This document shows positions 10,705 to 21,630 of a DNA stretch of 64,000 nt, piece by piece. Under the pieces are notes generated by a model, which saw nothing but the letters and a program-made list of their open reading frames with translations, ran no database searches and was not told the origin of the DNA. The position numbers were made by a program, and so were the translations under genes. Position 1 is the stretch's first letter. Every line of letters starts with the position of its first letter. Origin of the DNA: an uncultured Chroococcidiopsis sp. (GTDB taxonomy: Bacteria > Cyanobacteriota > Cyanobacteriia > Cyanobacteriales > Chroococcidiopsidaceae); assembly GCA_964248365.1 (NCBI GenBank), contig CAXTYC010000004.1, positions 160,001-224,000 of the forward strand, written 5' to 3'.

Positions 10705-11271
10705 TTGTCAAGAGAAGATTATATGAAAGATTTTCAACTTCAAGGAATCAATCATATTGCGTTGGTATGTAAGGACATGGCACGTACTGTTGATTTTTAT
10801 ACCAACACCCTGGGGATTAATTTGATCAAAACCATTGCCCTACCAGATGGTGGACAGCACTTCTTTTTTGACATCGGTAACGGTGATGCTTTGGCTTTTT
10901 TCTGGTTCCCGCAAGCACCAGAAGCACAACCTGGCATCGCGTCTGTCAGATCTGATGCTTGGGAAACTGCCAATATTACCACCGCACATGGTTCAATGAA
11001 CCATTTAGCATTTAACGTTCCCCTAGAAAAAATTGAGGAGTATAGAGAAAAACTATTAACCAAGGGTGTAAAAGTGACACCTATTTTACATCATGCCGAT
11101 GTTCCTTCTGGTTATGTTTCAGAATCTGATGAAAGTACATTTATTTCCTCATTTTATTTCTTCGATCCTGATGGCATTTTGCTAGAGTTTGCAGCTAATG
11201 CGCGCTCGTTGGGCGATCCTGTAAGAGATATTCAACATCAACCAGTCTCAATCAATACCACAACAGACTAA
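10705..11271 (+). CDS. VOC/glyoxalase-family protein
   Basis: INHIALVCKDM, MNHLAFNV, FYFFDPDGILLEF; likely start ATG 10723. Confidence 0.9.
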   Translation: MSREDYMKDFQLQGINHIALVCKDMARTVDFYTNTLGINLIKTIALPDGGQHFFFDIGNGDALAFFWFPQAPEAQPGIASVRSDAWETANITTAHGSMNHLAFNVPLEKIEEYREKLLTKGVKVTPILHHADVPSGYVSESDESTFISSFYFFDPDGILLEFAANARSLGDPVRDIQHQPVSINTTTD

Positions 11272-11511
11272 TATCAGTTATCAATTATCAATTATTTTTA
11301 TTCCAAGAGGAGGGACATTGTTAATTGTTAACTTCTTACCGAGATTTGTACAAACACATGAATTGCAAAATCTGCCCAAGTTGCTATAGCAATCACAATT
11401 TGAGTCAGCAAATACTTCTACAACATCATTAGTCAGTAGCTACTTTTGACTAATAACTATGGAATTATGACAGCCACAATAAAATATTCATGAATCGTTT
11501 AATGTTGCTAT

Positions 11512-11922
11512 ATGGTTTTTCAACAGAATGAAGCACTCGTTACTTTAGCATCTATTAATATTGAAAATTTGGTAAAATTTTATATTGATTTATTGGGAAA
11601 ACCAAAAACTCACATTCCAAATGTGTATGCACAGTTTCAATTACCTGGTTTGCGACTGGGAATTTTTCAACCAAAAGAAACCAACTTGCAAGAGTTTGAG
11701 TCGGCTAAAAGTCGAATGAGTTTATGTTTAGAAGTAACTGATTTGGAAGATGCGATCGCCCACCTCACCACTTTAGGCTATCCACCACCAGGAGAAATTA
11801 TCACAGCATCTCACGGTAGAGAAATTTATGCCTACGATCCCGAAGGAAACCGCCTAATTTTGCACCAGGGGAATGGGAAAAGGGAAAAGGGAAAAGGGAA
11901 AACAATTATCAATGAACAATAA
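11512..11922 (+). CDS. VOC/glyoxalase-family protein
   Basis: SLCLEVTDL, GREIYAYDPEGNRLIL; the C-terminus runs into GGGAAAA repeats. Confidence 0.85.
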   Translation: MVFQQNEALVTLASINIENLVKFYIDLLGKPKTHIPNVYAQFQLPGLRLGIFQPKETNLQEFESAKSRMSLCLEVTDLEDAIAHLTTLGYPPPGEIITASHGREIYAYDPEGNRLILHQGNGKREKGKGKTIINEQ

Positions 11923-11976
11923 ATAATTGATAATTGATAATTGATTCCCCTAGCCCCTAGCCCCTAGCCTCTAATA

Positions 11977-13245
11977 TTACTCACTTCGTAAAGCATCGAT
12001 TGGATTTAATTTGGCTGCGTTACGTGCAGGTATTACTCCAGCTAGTAGCCCAACGATGAAAGAGAGTCCAAAGCCAGCCCCGATTGACCAAATAGAAACT
12101 ATAAAGGGAAATTTGAAGATGGTTGCAGCAGACAAAGCGATCGCTATTCCCAAACTAATACCAATTCCACCCCCCACAACAGAAACCACGAGGGCTTCAG
12201 CTAGAAACTGACTCAGAATAGCGGCGTTAGTGGCTCCGAGGGCTTTACGAATACCGATTTCTTTTGTTCTTTCCACAACTGAAACCAGCATAATATTGGC
12301 AATACCAATTCCTCCAACTACCAGAGAAATTCCGGCGATCGCCACTACCATTACTGTAAACAAACCCACCACATTACTAAAAGTATTGATAATGTCTACT
12401 TGGTTAATAATTCTAAAATCATCAGCTTGTGGTGGATAAATATTATGGCGTAAGCGCAAAAGATTTGTCACCTGAAATTGAGCCGCGTCTAACTGTGCCT
12501 CATCTTTGGCTGCTAACCAAAACCCAGTAATAGCAACTCCTGTTAGAGCATTGTTACCCACAAGCCGAGCTGACATATTTGTCAGGGGAATAAAAACTCG
12601 GTCATCTTGATCCTGATTTCCGACAGCTCCTTTCGGTTCCATTACCCCAATCACCCGATAACTGCTTCGTTGAATGCGGATTTCCTTACCTATTGCACTT
12701 TCTCTACCAAAAAGTTCATCTCGCACTTTAGAACCCAAGACTACTACTGGTTTGGCAGTATCCAAATCATCTTGAGAAAAAAATTGCCCTTCTTGAGGAT
12801 TAGTGTTTTTGACTTTTGGGTAATTTAAATCCGTACCTATGATCGAAGTCGATATATTCTGCCCTCCATACACAACTTGCATCTGACGTTGCAAAAAGGC
12901 AGTAACCGAAGAGGCGGCAGGAGCTTGCTTTGCGATCGCCTGGGCATCTTGCATCGTCAAAGTTGAAGCCGATCCAGTTCCAAGATTTATTCGACCACTT
13001 GTAGATGCACCAGCTAGCACGAGTATGACATTTGTACCCAATGCCTGAATCTGCTGCTGGGTGGATTTTTGCACTCCCTGTCCTACTGAAGTAATAGAAA
13101 TCACCGAGGATATACCAATAATTACACCCAGCATGGTTAGTCCTGTGCGTAACTTGTGGTTCCACAAGGACTCTATAGCCATGCCGAAAACTTCAACAGA
13201 TGACACGGTACGAGGACGAATGCGAGTCGGTAAGCGGTTAGGCAT
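11977..13245 (-). CDS. MacB/FtsX-type ABC transporter permease
   Basis: LRTGLTMLGVIIGISSV, GGIGIANIMLVSVVERTKEIGIRKALGA, PARNAAKLNPIDALR. Start set at ATG 13245 because the upstream extension is STRR-derived. Confidence 0.92.
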   Translation of the reverse strand: MPNRLPTRIRPRTVSSVEVFGMAIESLWNHKLRTGLTMLGVIIGISSVISITSVGQGVQKSTQQQIQALGTNVILVLAGASTSGRINLGTGSASTLTMQDAQAIAKQAPAASSVTAFLQRQMQVVYGGQNISTSIIGTDLNYPKVKNTNPQEGQFFSQDDLDTAKPVVVLGSKVRDELFGRESAIGKEIRIQRSSYRVIGVMEPKGAVGNQDQDDRVFIPLTNMSARLVGNNALTGVAITGFWLAAKDEAQLDAAQFQVTNLLRLRHNIYPPQADDFRIINQVDIINTFSNVVGLFTVMVVAIAGISLVVGGIGIANIMLVSVVERTKEIGIRKALGATNAAILSQFLAEALVVSVVGGGIGISLGIAIALSAATIFKFPFIVSIWSIGAGFGLSFIVGLLAGVIPARNAAKLNPIDALRSE

Positions 13246-13415
13246 TTTACTGGGGGCTAGGGGCTGGGGGCTAGGGGCTAGTGTTGAGGGGGTTCGCAGG
13301 GAGAGGGGGGAGAGCAAAAGGAGGCAAAAGGAGGCTGAGGGAGAAAGTGCATTCAATTTTCTTGACTTGGAAAGCAGGAATATGGTATAGTCTACAACCT
13401 CATAACCCCATATTC

Positions 13416-14747
13416 CTAGCCCCCAGCCCCTCGCCGTGAACCTCGTCCCATACCAGGAATCAATGATGGGGATCTCGTTTGGGGTTTGGTTCCAGGTGGG
13501 AAGGTGATAAATACTCTTTCGGTTCCAGTCAATCCAGATAGAACCTGTGTTTTATCATTTACGGTTGTTCCGGTTTTGATGGGGATGAATATGGGCTGGT
13601 TATTCTCTCTGGCGACAAAGACACCTGTACCATTTTCCTGACGAGCGATCGCCACTGTAGGAACCACAAGGGCGTTCTTCAGTTCACCTGCTTTGAAAGA
13701 GACATTCACGTTCATCCCAGAACGCAGCAGTTGTTCGGGATCTGACAGAATTGCCGCTTTTACTTCAAAACTGGTGACGTTCTGCTCTACAGTAGACTGA
13801 ACGGCAATTTGATTCACTCGACCTGTAAAAGTTTTCCCTGGATAGGCATCAGCTTGAAAGGTAATCTCCTGCCCTAGACGGATTTGGGAAATATTGCTTT
13901 CTGCTACATCTGCCACTACTTGGTTAACAGAAGCAAGGGACAAGATCGAAGAACTGGTAGCACTAGAAACATCACTACCTGCGGTTGTTGGGGTAACAAA
14001 AGCCCCAGGATCTGCATACTTCTTGGACACAACCCCACTAAAGGGAGCGCGAATCACTGTATCATTGAAGGAAGTTTGGATATTTTGGACAGCGCCTTGC
14101 TGCTGCATTACAGAGGCGCGGGCAGCGGCAATATCTTCTGGACGCGATCCATTTTGCTGCAAAGCTAAGGCTTGCTGCGCCCGTGTCACCTGGGCTTTCG
14201 CACTGTCGTAGGCTGCGCGTGATGCAATCAAATCTCGGTTAGAAATTGCTCCAGAGGAGTATAGTTGCTGATTCTGTTGCAGGTTTGTTGCTGCTTGCTG
14301 TAGGGAAGCTTGGACATTGCGCAATTCGGCTTGCGCTTGGGCAATATCCTCAGAACGATTACCAGCAATTAGTTTTTGCAGATTTGCCTGGGCTGCTGCT
14401 AGTTGTCCTTGCGCCTGGATGAGTTGTCCTCTAAGATTCGAGTCATCCATGTAAGCCAGAATCTGATCAAGTTTTACGCGATCGCCTTCTTTGACAAGCA
14501 AACTTTTCAATCTACCGGAGGTTTTGGGGCTGACATTGATTAATTTTTCTGGTTTAATAGTGCCATTGGCTGAAACAGTGACAGGCAAATTCAGTCTTTC
14601 AACCGGAACTGTCAAAACCTTACGCTTTGCTTGCTGTTGCGGGATGACAACTAGCTGGCGATAAACTGCATAGCCTCCACCTGCCACAAGACAGAGAAAG
14701 ATGAACCCTAGTAACCACCTATTAATTTCTTTTTTCTTGAATTTCAC
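13416..14747 (-). CDS. Efflux periplasmic adaptor (HlyD/MacA-type MFP)
   Basis: N-terminal TM, VSPKTSGRL..VKEGDRV, coiled coil, IRAPFSGVV. Confidence 0.92.
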   Translation of the reverse strand: MKFKKKEINRWLLGFIFLCLVAGGGYAVYRQLVVIPQQQAKRKVLTVPVERLNLPVTVSANGTIKPEKLINVSPKTSGRLKSLLVKEGDRVKLDQILAYMDDSNLRGQLIQAQGQLAAAQANLQKLIAGNRSEDIAQAQAELRNVQASLQQAATNLQQNQQLYSSGAISNRDLIASRAAYDSAKAQVTRAQQALALQQNGSRPEDIAAARASVMQQQGAVQNIQTSFNDTVIRAPFSGVVSKKYADPGAFVTPTTAGSDVSSATSSSILSLASVNQVVADVAESNISQIRLGQEITFQADAYPGKTFTGRVNQIAVQSTVEQNVTSFEVKAAILSDPEQLLRSGMNVNVSFKAGELKNALVVPTVAIARQENGTGVFVARENNQPIFIPIKTGTTVNDKTQVLSGLTGTERVFITFPPGTKPQTRSPSLIPGMGRGSRRGAGG

Positions 14748-14810
14748 GATCAGTATGTGAAAGCGATCGCGTATGATGAATCATATTCATTCTAGCTTTC
14801 TTCTGTTTTT

Positions 14811-14859
14811 CTCGTTACCTGGTTGGAGCCAGGTAACAAGTTAACGAGGCTCAGCCTCG
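14811..14859. repeat. CTCGTT..AACGAG-type dispersed hairpin plus CGAGGCTCAGCCTCG hairpin
   Basis: CTCGTTACCTGG/CCAGGTAACAAG; relatives near 6342, 29733, 35062, 60688 and 62260. Confidence 0.7.
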
Positions 14860-14869
14860 AAGAAGGTTA

Positions 14870-16231
14870 TTAACCAACACTGGGCAATCCTGCTAGTGCC
14901 ATTGCTACCTCTTCGGCACTGTACTGGGTATCTCGCAACAACCCAGCTTGATAATCCATATACGCCTGCATATCGAAGTGACCATGACCACACAGATTAA
15001 ACAGGATAGTTTTACTTACTCCTTCCTCTTTGCAACGTAGAGCTTCATCGATCGCACCCTTAACAGCATGATTAGCTTCAGGTGCAGGTAAAATACCCTC
15101 AGCACGAGCAAAAGTTAAACCAGCGGCAAAGCATCCGAGTTGAGGTTCGGCACGGGTTTCAATCAGCCCTAACTCGACAATATGACTGAGCAAGGGAGCC
15201 ATGCCATGATACCGTAACCCGCCTGCATGGAAACCTTGGGGAACAAAAGAGTTTCCCAGAGTGTGCATCTTCACCAGGGGAGTAAGATGGGCTGTATCGC
15301 CAAAGTCGTAAGTATATTTGCCCTTAGTTAGGGTTGGGCAAGCAGCTGGTTCAACCGCCACAAATTTAATGTTGTTCTCCTCACCTCGCAGCTTAGCACC
15401 GATGAAGGGAAAGGTAATGCCAGCGAAGTTACTACCACCACCTGTACAGCCCACTATAATATCTGGATAGTCCCCAGCCTGTTCTAGTTGCGCTAACACT
15501 TCTAAACCAGTTACAGTTTGATGCAGCAGCACATGATTAAGTACACTGCCTAAAGCATATTTAGTTTGGTCATCTTGTACGGCAACTTCTACAGCTTCGC
15601 TAATGGCAATGCCTAAACTGCCTGTGCTATCAGGATAATCTTTTAAAATCATTCGCCCCGCTTGTGTTTCGTTGCTGGGGCTAGCTACTACCCGCGCCCC
15701 ATATGATTCCATCAAGGCACGACGATAGGGCTTGTGGTGATAGCTGACTTTGACCATGTAAACCAGTACTTCTAAGTCAAAGAAAGCACCAGCCAAAGCG
15801 AGGGAAGAACCCCATTGTCCTGCACCTGTTTCTGTTGTCAGGCGCTTGACTCCTGCTTGTTTGTTGTAGTATGCTTGTGGTATAGCTGTGTTGGGTTTAT
15901 GGCTACCAGCAGGGCTGACACCTTCGTATTTGTAGTATATTTTCGCAGGGGTATCAAGGGCTTTCTCTAGCCGTCGGGCGCGGTAGAGTGGAGTTGGTCG
16001 CCACTGACGATAGATTGATTGCACTTCGTCGGGAATTTCAATCCAGGGTTGGATGCTTACCTCTTGCATAATTAGCTGTTCAGGAAACAGCGGTTCTAAG
16101 TCAGCAGCTGTGATTGGCATCCCTGTACCTGGGTGCAGTGGGGGCGGCATGGGAGTAGGTAAGTCAGCTTGAATGTTGTACCAAGCTGTGGGCATTTGGC
16201 TTTCTGCAAGGGTGTACTTGATAGTATCCAT
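14870..16231 (-). CDS. trpB2: TrpB2-type tryptophan synthase beta-like enzyme
   Basis: [17 protein letters not shown] (PLP Lys), [23 protein letters not shown]. Confidence 0.9.
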   Translation of the reverse strand: MDTIKYTLAESQMPTAWYNIQADLPTPMPPPLHPGTGMPITAADLEPLFPEQLIMQEVSIQPWIEIPDEVQSIYRQWRPTPLYRARRLEKALDTPAKIYYKYEGVSPAGSHKPNTAIPQAYYNKQAGVKRLTTETGAGQWGSSLALAGAFFDLEVLVYMVKVSYHHKPYRRALMESYGARVVASPSNETQAGRMILKDYPDSTGSLGIAISEAVEVAVQDDQTKYALGSVLNHVLLHQTVTGLEVLAQLEQAGDYPDIIVGCTGGGSNFAGITFPFIGAKLRGEENNIKFVAVEPAACPTLTKGKYTYDFGDTAHLTPLVKMHTLGNSFVPQGFHAGGLRYHGMAPLLSHIVELGLIETRAEPQLGCFAAGLTFARAEGILPAPEANHAVKGAIDEALRCKEEGVSKTILFNLCGHGHFDMQAYMDYQAGLLRDTQYSAEEVAMALAGLPSVG

Positions 16232-16372
16232 TGGTGAAATACTGCTGCAATGTAAGTTGTTCAGGCTGGTTTGGAGTATCTTAGTTTATTATTTTTTCTG
16301 GAGTTTCTCTATAGGATATTTTTTTTATATATATAGGGGATTTTTTACATATTTTTGAGGGGAATATTATTT

Positions 16373-16423
16373 TTAACGAACCGCAAAGGACGCAGAGGAC
16401 ACAGAGGAAAGAGGTAGAGAGAG
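16373..16423 (+). repeat. Dispersed TTAACGAACCGCAAAGG-(9-mer)n repeat
   Basis: Second copy at 44889-44937; a related copy lies on the - strand at about 29770-29800. Confidence 0.75.
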
Positions 16424-16446
16424 TTTATTGGTTATGGTATTGAATA

Positions 16447-17547
16447 ATGAAGAGAATTGAGGTTGAGCAAAGAACGATTTTTATTGGTTTGTCTGGTAGT
16501 CATGGTTATAGTTTAAATCGACCAGATTCAGACATGGACTATAGAGGAGTTTTTATTGCACCGAAAAAATACTATTTGGGGTTTGATAGTATTGAACAAA
16601 AAAATGATGGTTGGGATGAAGCGGGGATATTTCCTTTTTTAGATGGTAATACCGATACGGTTATCTATGAATTAAGAAAAGTTATTCAGCTTTTAGCGGC
16701 TGCTAATCCCAATATTTTAGAATTACTTTGGTTGAACGAGTATCCTGTTTTAACACAGGTGGGACAAAGGTTAATTGAACACAGGCAAGTGTTTCTTAGT
16801 AAGAAAGTAAAGCATACATATTCTGGTTATGCTTTTGCTCAAATAAAAAAGATGGAAACTCATCGTAAGTGGTTACTCAATCCACCCCAAAAAAAGCCAT
16901 TGCCTGAAGATTTTGGCATTCAAGATGCGCCGTTAAGTAAAGAGGAACTGAATGCTTTTTTGGAGTATCTTTATAATTTAGTTAGAGGCAAAATTGAATT
17001 TTTAGAAGAAGCAGAACAGTTATATCATTTGTTGACTGCTGATATCGATTTTAAGGGAATGTTGAAACAACACCCTTTACCAGATGAAATGGCATATACT
17101 CAACAACTTACTAATGGTCGAGGTGACTTTATTCGGCTACTGCAAAAGAGCCAAAAGTATCAAGTAGCTTTGAGAGAATGGCAGGCTTATTTGTCATGGC
17201 AAAAGAATAGAAATCCCGCTAGGGCTGAAATGGAAAAACAATCGGGATTCGATCTCAAGCACGGGATGCATTGCATTAGATTGCTACGCAGTGGACTAGA
17301 GATATTAAGCCTCGGAAAAGTAATTGTAAATAGAATTGAAGCAGGCGATGCTGATGAACTAAAAGCCATTCTCAAGGGTGAATATTCTTATGACCAAGTA
17401 ATGAAAATGGCTGATGATTTAGTAGCCCAAATGGATGTTGTATATCAACAATCTACCTTACCTCACAGCCCTAATTTAGAGCAAATTAATCAACTATGCA
17501 TACAATTAGTAGAAATGCAAGGATGGGAAATAATTCGTAATTCGTAA
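16447..17547 (+). CDS. DNA polymerase beta-superfamily nucleotidyltransferase (RlaP/YcgL-like)
   Basis: GSHGYSLNRPDSDMDYRGVF, ANPNILELLW, GFDLKHGMHCIRLL. Confidence 0.85.
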   Translation: MKRIEVEQRTIFIGLSGSHGYSLNRPDSDMDYRGVFIAPKKYYLGFDSIEQKNDGWDEAGIFPFLDGNTDTVIYELRKVIQLLAAANPNILELLWLNEYPVLTQVGQRLIEHRQVFLSKKVKHTYSGYAFAQIKKMETHRKWLLNPPQKKPLPEDFGIQDAPLSKEELNAFLEYLYNLVRGKIEFLEEAEQLYHLLTADIDFKGMLKQHPLPDEMAYTQQLTNGRGDFIRLLQKSQKYQVALREWQAYLSWQKNRNPARAEMEKQSGFDLKHGMHCIRLLRSGLEILSLGKVIVNRIEAGDADELKAILKGEYSYDQVMKMADDLVAQMDVVYQQSTLPHSPNLEQINQLCIQLVEMQGWEIIRNS

Positions 17548-17694
17548 TTCAGAAGTCTCTAAGTCAGGAGTCTCCAAGTCAGGAGCCAGAAGTCAGAAGA
17601 TAGAAGACAGAATATTTAATTCTTTCATCTTCCCCAGCTCCCTTTTGCTCCCTTTTGCCCTCTTCTAGCCTAAGCGCCTCTAGCCCCTAGCTCC

Positions 17695-17994
17695 TCATAA
17701 GTAGTGAATTACGTCAGCAAAACCGTAGATGCTCAAGAGTAGCAATACTAGGGCTGATACTTGAGTGGCGCGTGTTTGGTGTGTGGGTGACAGATGCGAT
17801 CGCACCCACATAGAAGCAGATACCCCTACTACATAACTCCAAGCTAGTACTAAATATGACCAGTGAGGTGTCATTAGCCAAGTCCCCAGTAATATAACCG
17901 CTAGCAATAACATCACTAGTTCTACAAACTGGGGTGGATTTTGCTCACAGGCAAGAATTAAGGTATTCCACCAAAAACGGCAATTTCTGATCAT
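17695..17994 (-). CDS. Hypothetical small membrane protein
   Basis: 99 aa with three hydrophobic segments; follows chlI. Confidence 0.6.
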   Translation of the reverse strand: MIRNCRFWWNTLILACEQNPPQFVELVMLLLAVILLGTWLMTPHWSYLVLAWSYVVGVSASMWVRSHLSPTHQTRATQVSALVLLLLSIYGFADVIHYL

Positions 17995-18015
17995 TAGCAG
18001 CCTAAAAATGAGTAA

Positions 18016-19143
18016 TTAGCTATAACGCCCACTGGTTTGTCCGATACCGTTAGTTTGTGCTGAAGAGTTTGAATTTTCTTCTGTCGTTGGTTCGATTCCA
18101 AATACACGGTTAAAGACTTTTTCTACTTTATAACCAGAATCAATCGACTCTAGGGGATCTTTGCGGAGTCTATGTCGTAAACACAAGGTCATAACGCGGC
18201 GAATATCATCAACTGTGACTTCGGTACGACCTTCGTATGCTGCTAAGGCTTTGGCGGCGCGGTTAGTTACAATATCACCCCGCAATCCATCAACATCAAG
18301 TTCTGAGCAAACTTCTGAAATTTTCACTCGTAGATCGTAGTCCATCTGTACTGATGGCAGCAGTTCTTGCGCTTTAATTAGCTGGTGTTGCAAGGCTGCT
18401 TGCTGGGTTTGATATTTTTCGAGAAACTGTTGGGGATTGGAGTCAAATTCTGCCCGTTGTTCGACGATTTGCACTCGCAGGGTTGGTTCTTTGACGGTGC
18501 GAATTTCGGCGTGCATTCCAAAGCGATCGAGCAGCTGGGGACGCAGTTCGCCTTCTTCAGGGTTGCCAGAACCAACGAGAACAAAACGGGCGGGGTGGCG
18601 AATGGAAATGCCTTCTCGTTCGACTGTGTTCCAGCCACTGGCGGCTGAGTCAAGCAGTACGTCTACCAAGTGATCGTCTAGTAGGTTGACTTCATCAACG
18701 TAGAGAATGCCGCGATTTGCTTTGGCTAGTAGTCCTGGTTCAAAAGCTTTCACACCTTCACTAAGGGCTTTTTCGATATCGATAGTACCGCAAACTCGGT
18801 CTTCTGTAGCTCCCAAGGGTAGGTCAACCATTGGGACTTTTTTCCCCGCAACTCGAATTTCTGCTTGTTGCTCTAGCTGCTGTCGCACAGCATCGCTCAT
18901 GATTTCTGGATCACTGGGATGGCTGTTGAAGGGATCATCGGCAACAACTTCGATTTCTGGTAGTAAGTCAGCCAATGCCCGAATAGTTGTGGATTTACCA
19001 GTACCGCGATCGCCCATAATCATTACACCCCCCACTTTGGGATCGATCACGTTCAATAGTAGGGCGAGTTTCATTTCTTCCTGTCCCACAATGGCAGTGA
19101 AGGGAAAAACAACGCGGCGGGTAGCTGGGGCAGTTGGACTCAC
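18016..19143 (-). CDS. chlI: Magnesium chelatase subunit I
   Basis: [50 protein letters not shown]. Confidence 0.97.
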   Translation of the reverse strand: MSPTAPATRRVVFPFTAIVGQEEMKLALLLNVIDPKVGGVMIMGDRGTGKSTTIRALADLLPEIEVVADDPFNSHPSDPEIMSDAVRQQLEQQAEIRVAGKKVPMVDLPLGATEDRVCGTIDIEKALSEGVKAFEPGLLAKANRGILYVDEVNLLDDHLVDVLLDSAASGWNTVEREGISIRHPARFVLVGSGNPEEGELRPQLLDRFGMHAEIRTVKEPTLRVQIVEQRAEFDSNPQQFLEKYQTQQAALQHQLIKAQELLPSVQMDYDLRVKISEVCSELDVDGLRGDIVTNRAAKALAAYEGRTEVTVDDIRRVMTLCLRHRLRKDPLESIDSGYKVEKVFNRVFGIEPTTEENSNSSAQTNGIGQTSGRYS

Positions 19144-19199
19144 TTCGATTACCTATTAAAGAGTTTTTTTAACACTGTTTTTCATTTTGCCACAATCGG

Positions 19200-19418
19200 G
19201 GGGGCTAGGGGCTAGAGGCGCTTAGGCTAGGGGAAGAAATAAAAGGATGAAGTGTGAAGGCGCGAAGTGTAAAGTTAGAAGTTAGAAGTATGAAAATTTC
19301 AACCTTCAACCTTTACCGCAATACCGTTCAACCTACCCCTTCGCTTAAGCAAGCTACAACCTTTATCCTTTCCCCTTTCCCCTTTCCCCAGCCCCTAGCC
19401 CCTAGTCCCTAGCCCCTG
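19200..19418. repeat. STRR cluster
   Basis: GGGGCTA, GAAGTTA, CCTTTCC and CCCCTAG units. Confidence 0.85.
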
Positions 19419-19419
19419 A

Positions 19420-20931
19420 TTAAGGTAGCCAAAAATCAGGTATAAAATTCTTGCTCCAAGTGCGAAATCTCTGGTTGAGCGATCGCCCTATCTGAATATG
19501 TGGTTCATCAGCCTCTACTGGGATAATCCCCGCCTTACTCCCACGCCTAAACCGCTCTATTACCAAATTTGCTGCTTCTAAACCAGTTACATAAGCTTTT
19601 TCCTGTGACCAAGATCCGTGACGATTTATAATCCAGTCACCACTCATAAATACATTATCTATACTCGTCTTTGCTGGCAACATAGATCGATAACTACCAG
19701 GTGCAAAGTGAGTAACTGCGCGTGGTAATCGGATTATACTACTATCAATTACCTCCGCTTCCCGAAATGCTGGAATACAAGTTGCTAAATCTTGCTGTAC
19801 CAGTGGCACAATTTCCTCATTGCTCAATGGTAAAAATTGATTAGCGTGATAGAAATCTACCTCAACTACACTTCCTGGTTCGTTGCGGTACTCGTCATGC
19901 AATGCATTTAAGTCAAAAAAAGTCCAGCCCGTAGTTGCATTAAATCCGAAACAGGCGTTAGAAGGACGGGGAATAGTAATTTTGCGATCGAACCATAGTC
20001 TTGTTGCAAGTACATCAACTGCACTCAAATTCATTAAATCTCGAAACTCCTGGCGGTTATGCAAACTAGGGCTACTGCTGACTATCTTCTGCATCGCGCT
20101 AACTCCCACAGCAAAGATCACTGCGTCAGCCTCAAAGGTTTCATCTCCACAGACAACACCTGTTGCATTACCATTACTATCAAGGATGATATCGCTAACT
20201 CTTTTGTTTGCCAGTAGTTTTGCCCCAGCTTGTTCGATGCGTTCTACCCAAGGGCGAAATATCATTTCCCCAACTGTACCCCGACACCAAACCACATCAA
20301 AATCTGGTTGATGGGCGAGGATGAAAAAGTACAGCATCCCTATGGTGGCGGCGGCTGAACACTGTTCACCAGGGGCGAACAAGCCTACTAACAGCATCGG
20401 TTCAAATGAGTCGTAGTAAAGTCGTGCAGAGACACCAAAATCTTTAAATAGTTCACGGGCTGTTACTGAATCGTAGCGTCGCCAAGCTTCATCAGAATTG
20501 TCAAAATCAACGACTGCATAGAGTAGAGGTAATGCAGAAAGGCGATCGCTCAGCGGTAAACGCTTAAATTGTGTGTATAAAAACGTTCCCAATGGTGTGG
20601 GTAGTCGTGGCAAATCTTGAAATATCGGTGATTCGACTTCTAATCCGGCGGGTGAGTACTGAGATGAACGGGTGAAAGGAGTAAAGGGATTGATACCTAA
20701 TTCCCGTATTAGGGAAAAGATATTTCTATATGGATACCAGAAGCCATGAATCCCAGCTTCAACCGATCGCCCACCTTCTGTTTTCCAGCCTGCTACCAAG
20801 CCACCAGGATAAGCACCAGCTTCCAAAAGTGTGACATCATATCCCTGCTTTGCTAGGTGATAAGTAGCACCCAAGCCAGCCCAACCAGCACCGACGACGA
20901 CTACTTTAGAATTTTGTGATTTCGTTGTCAT
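19420..20931 (-). CDS. FAD-dependent oxidoreductase (amine oxidase / carotene desaturase-like family)
   Basis: VVVVGAGWAGL Rossmann motif, EAGIHGFW, GDW..SQEKAYVTGLEAAN. Confidence 0.85.
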   Translation of the reverse strand: MTTKSQNSKVVVVGAGWAGLGATYHLAKQGYDVTLLEAGAYPGGLVAGWKTEGGRSVEAGIHGFWYPYRNIFSLIRELGINPFTPFTRSSQYSPAGLEVESPIFQDLPRLPTPLGTFLYTQFKRLPLSDRLSALPLLYAVVDFDNSDEAWRRYDSVTARELFKDFGVSARLYYDSFEPMLLVGLFAPGEQCSAAATIGMLYFFILAHQPDFDVVWCRGTVGEMIFRPWVERIEQAGAKLLANKRVSDIILDSNGNATGVVCGDETFEADAVIFAVGVSAMQKIVSSSPSLHNRQEFRDLMNLSAVDVLATRLWFDRKITIPRPSNACFGFNATTGWTFFDLNALHDEYRNEPGSVVEVDFYHANQFLPLSNEEIVPLVQQDLATCIPAFREAEVIDSSIIRLPRAVTHFAPGSYRSMLPAKTSIDNVFMSGDWIINRHGSWSQEKAYVTGLEAANLVIERFRRGSKAGIIPVEADEPHIQIGRSLNQRFRTWSKNFIPDFWLP

Positions 20932-21054
20932 AGCTCATGCGATCGCTTCTTTTTCAGGATGACACTATTTGCCCTACTAATGCGGACGTATTGTTAGCCG
21001 CTGGTGTTGTGGCGGGAAAACTAGAGACAGGAGAAGGGGCGCGATCGTTCTTTT

Positions 21055-21227
21055 CTGATATCTTGCACCTACCCCATCTCCCGCCAAGAAATAAATTTCA
21101 AAGGACCAAAGCCACTCGTCCACTTGGGTGGACTAAAATCCTTACCTAGTCTTCTTTAGAAGACGAGAGCTATTAGCCTGTTGAATTCAGTCGACAGGCG
21201 GTTGTGGGAAGTGGTGCAAGATCTGAG
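21055..21227. mobile_element. Palindromic MITE subtype B copy 1
   Basis: ATATCTTGCACC...GGTGCAAGATCT ends; hairpins GTCCACTTGGGTGGAC, GTCTTCTTTAGAAGAC and GCCTGTTGAATTCAGTCGACAGGC; near-identical to 37264. Confidence 0.85.
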
Positions 21228-21630
21228 TTTTGAAGTTTTAATAACTAGGGTAGTCCTTGTCGAAAAAATTTCTCTAATTTATTGCACTTCTATGGATGCC
21301 TTCACCTTTGGAAACGAGCTTTTTGTGAGGCAATACGATATTTCCGATTTATCAAACATCGTAATTCTAAGGGCAGAAAGTCGTTTAAACAAAGATAAAT
21401 ACAATCTCATTTTTAAATGAGGCAAGAGCCTCCAGGCAATCCCTCGATGCAAGATCCTGTAAATGATGAAAATTCTGTTGCCGCTACAGTCTACCACGCT
21501 TTGAGCGCAAGATCGCCCACAATATCGCTTCTTTTTGCCCAATCACACCATTTGCATAGCCGATATACATTGGCGTTAGATAAAATTGCGGTGATAATAG
21601 TGCATTCTACTGGCAACGTGAGCAGGCAAA

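Noticed and set aside
13246..13356. N-terminal extension of the permease; similar ORFs at 8779, 37414 and 38526
   Set aside because: Translated STRR low-complexity sequence
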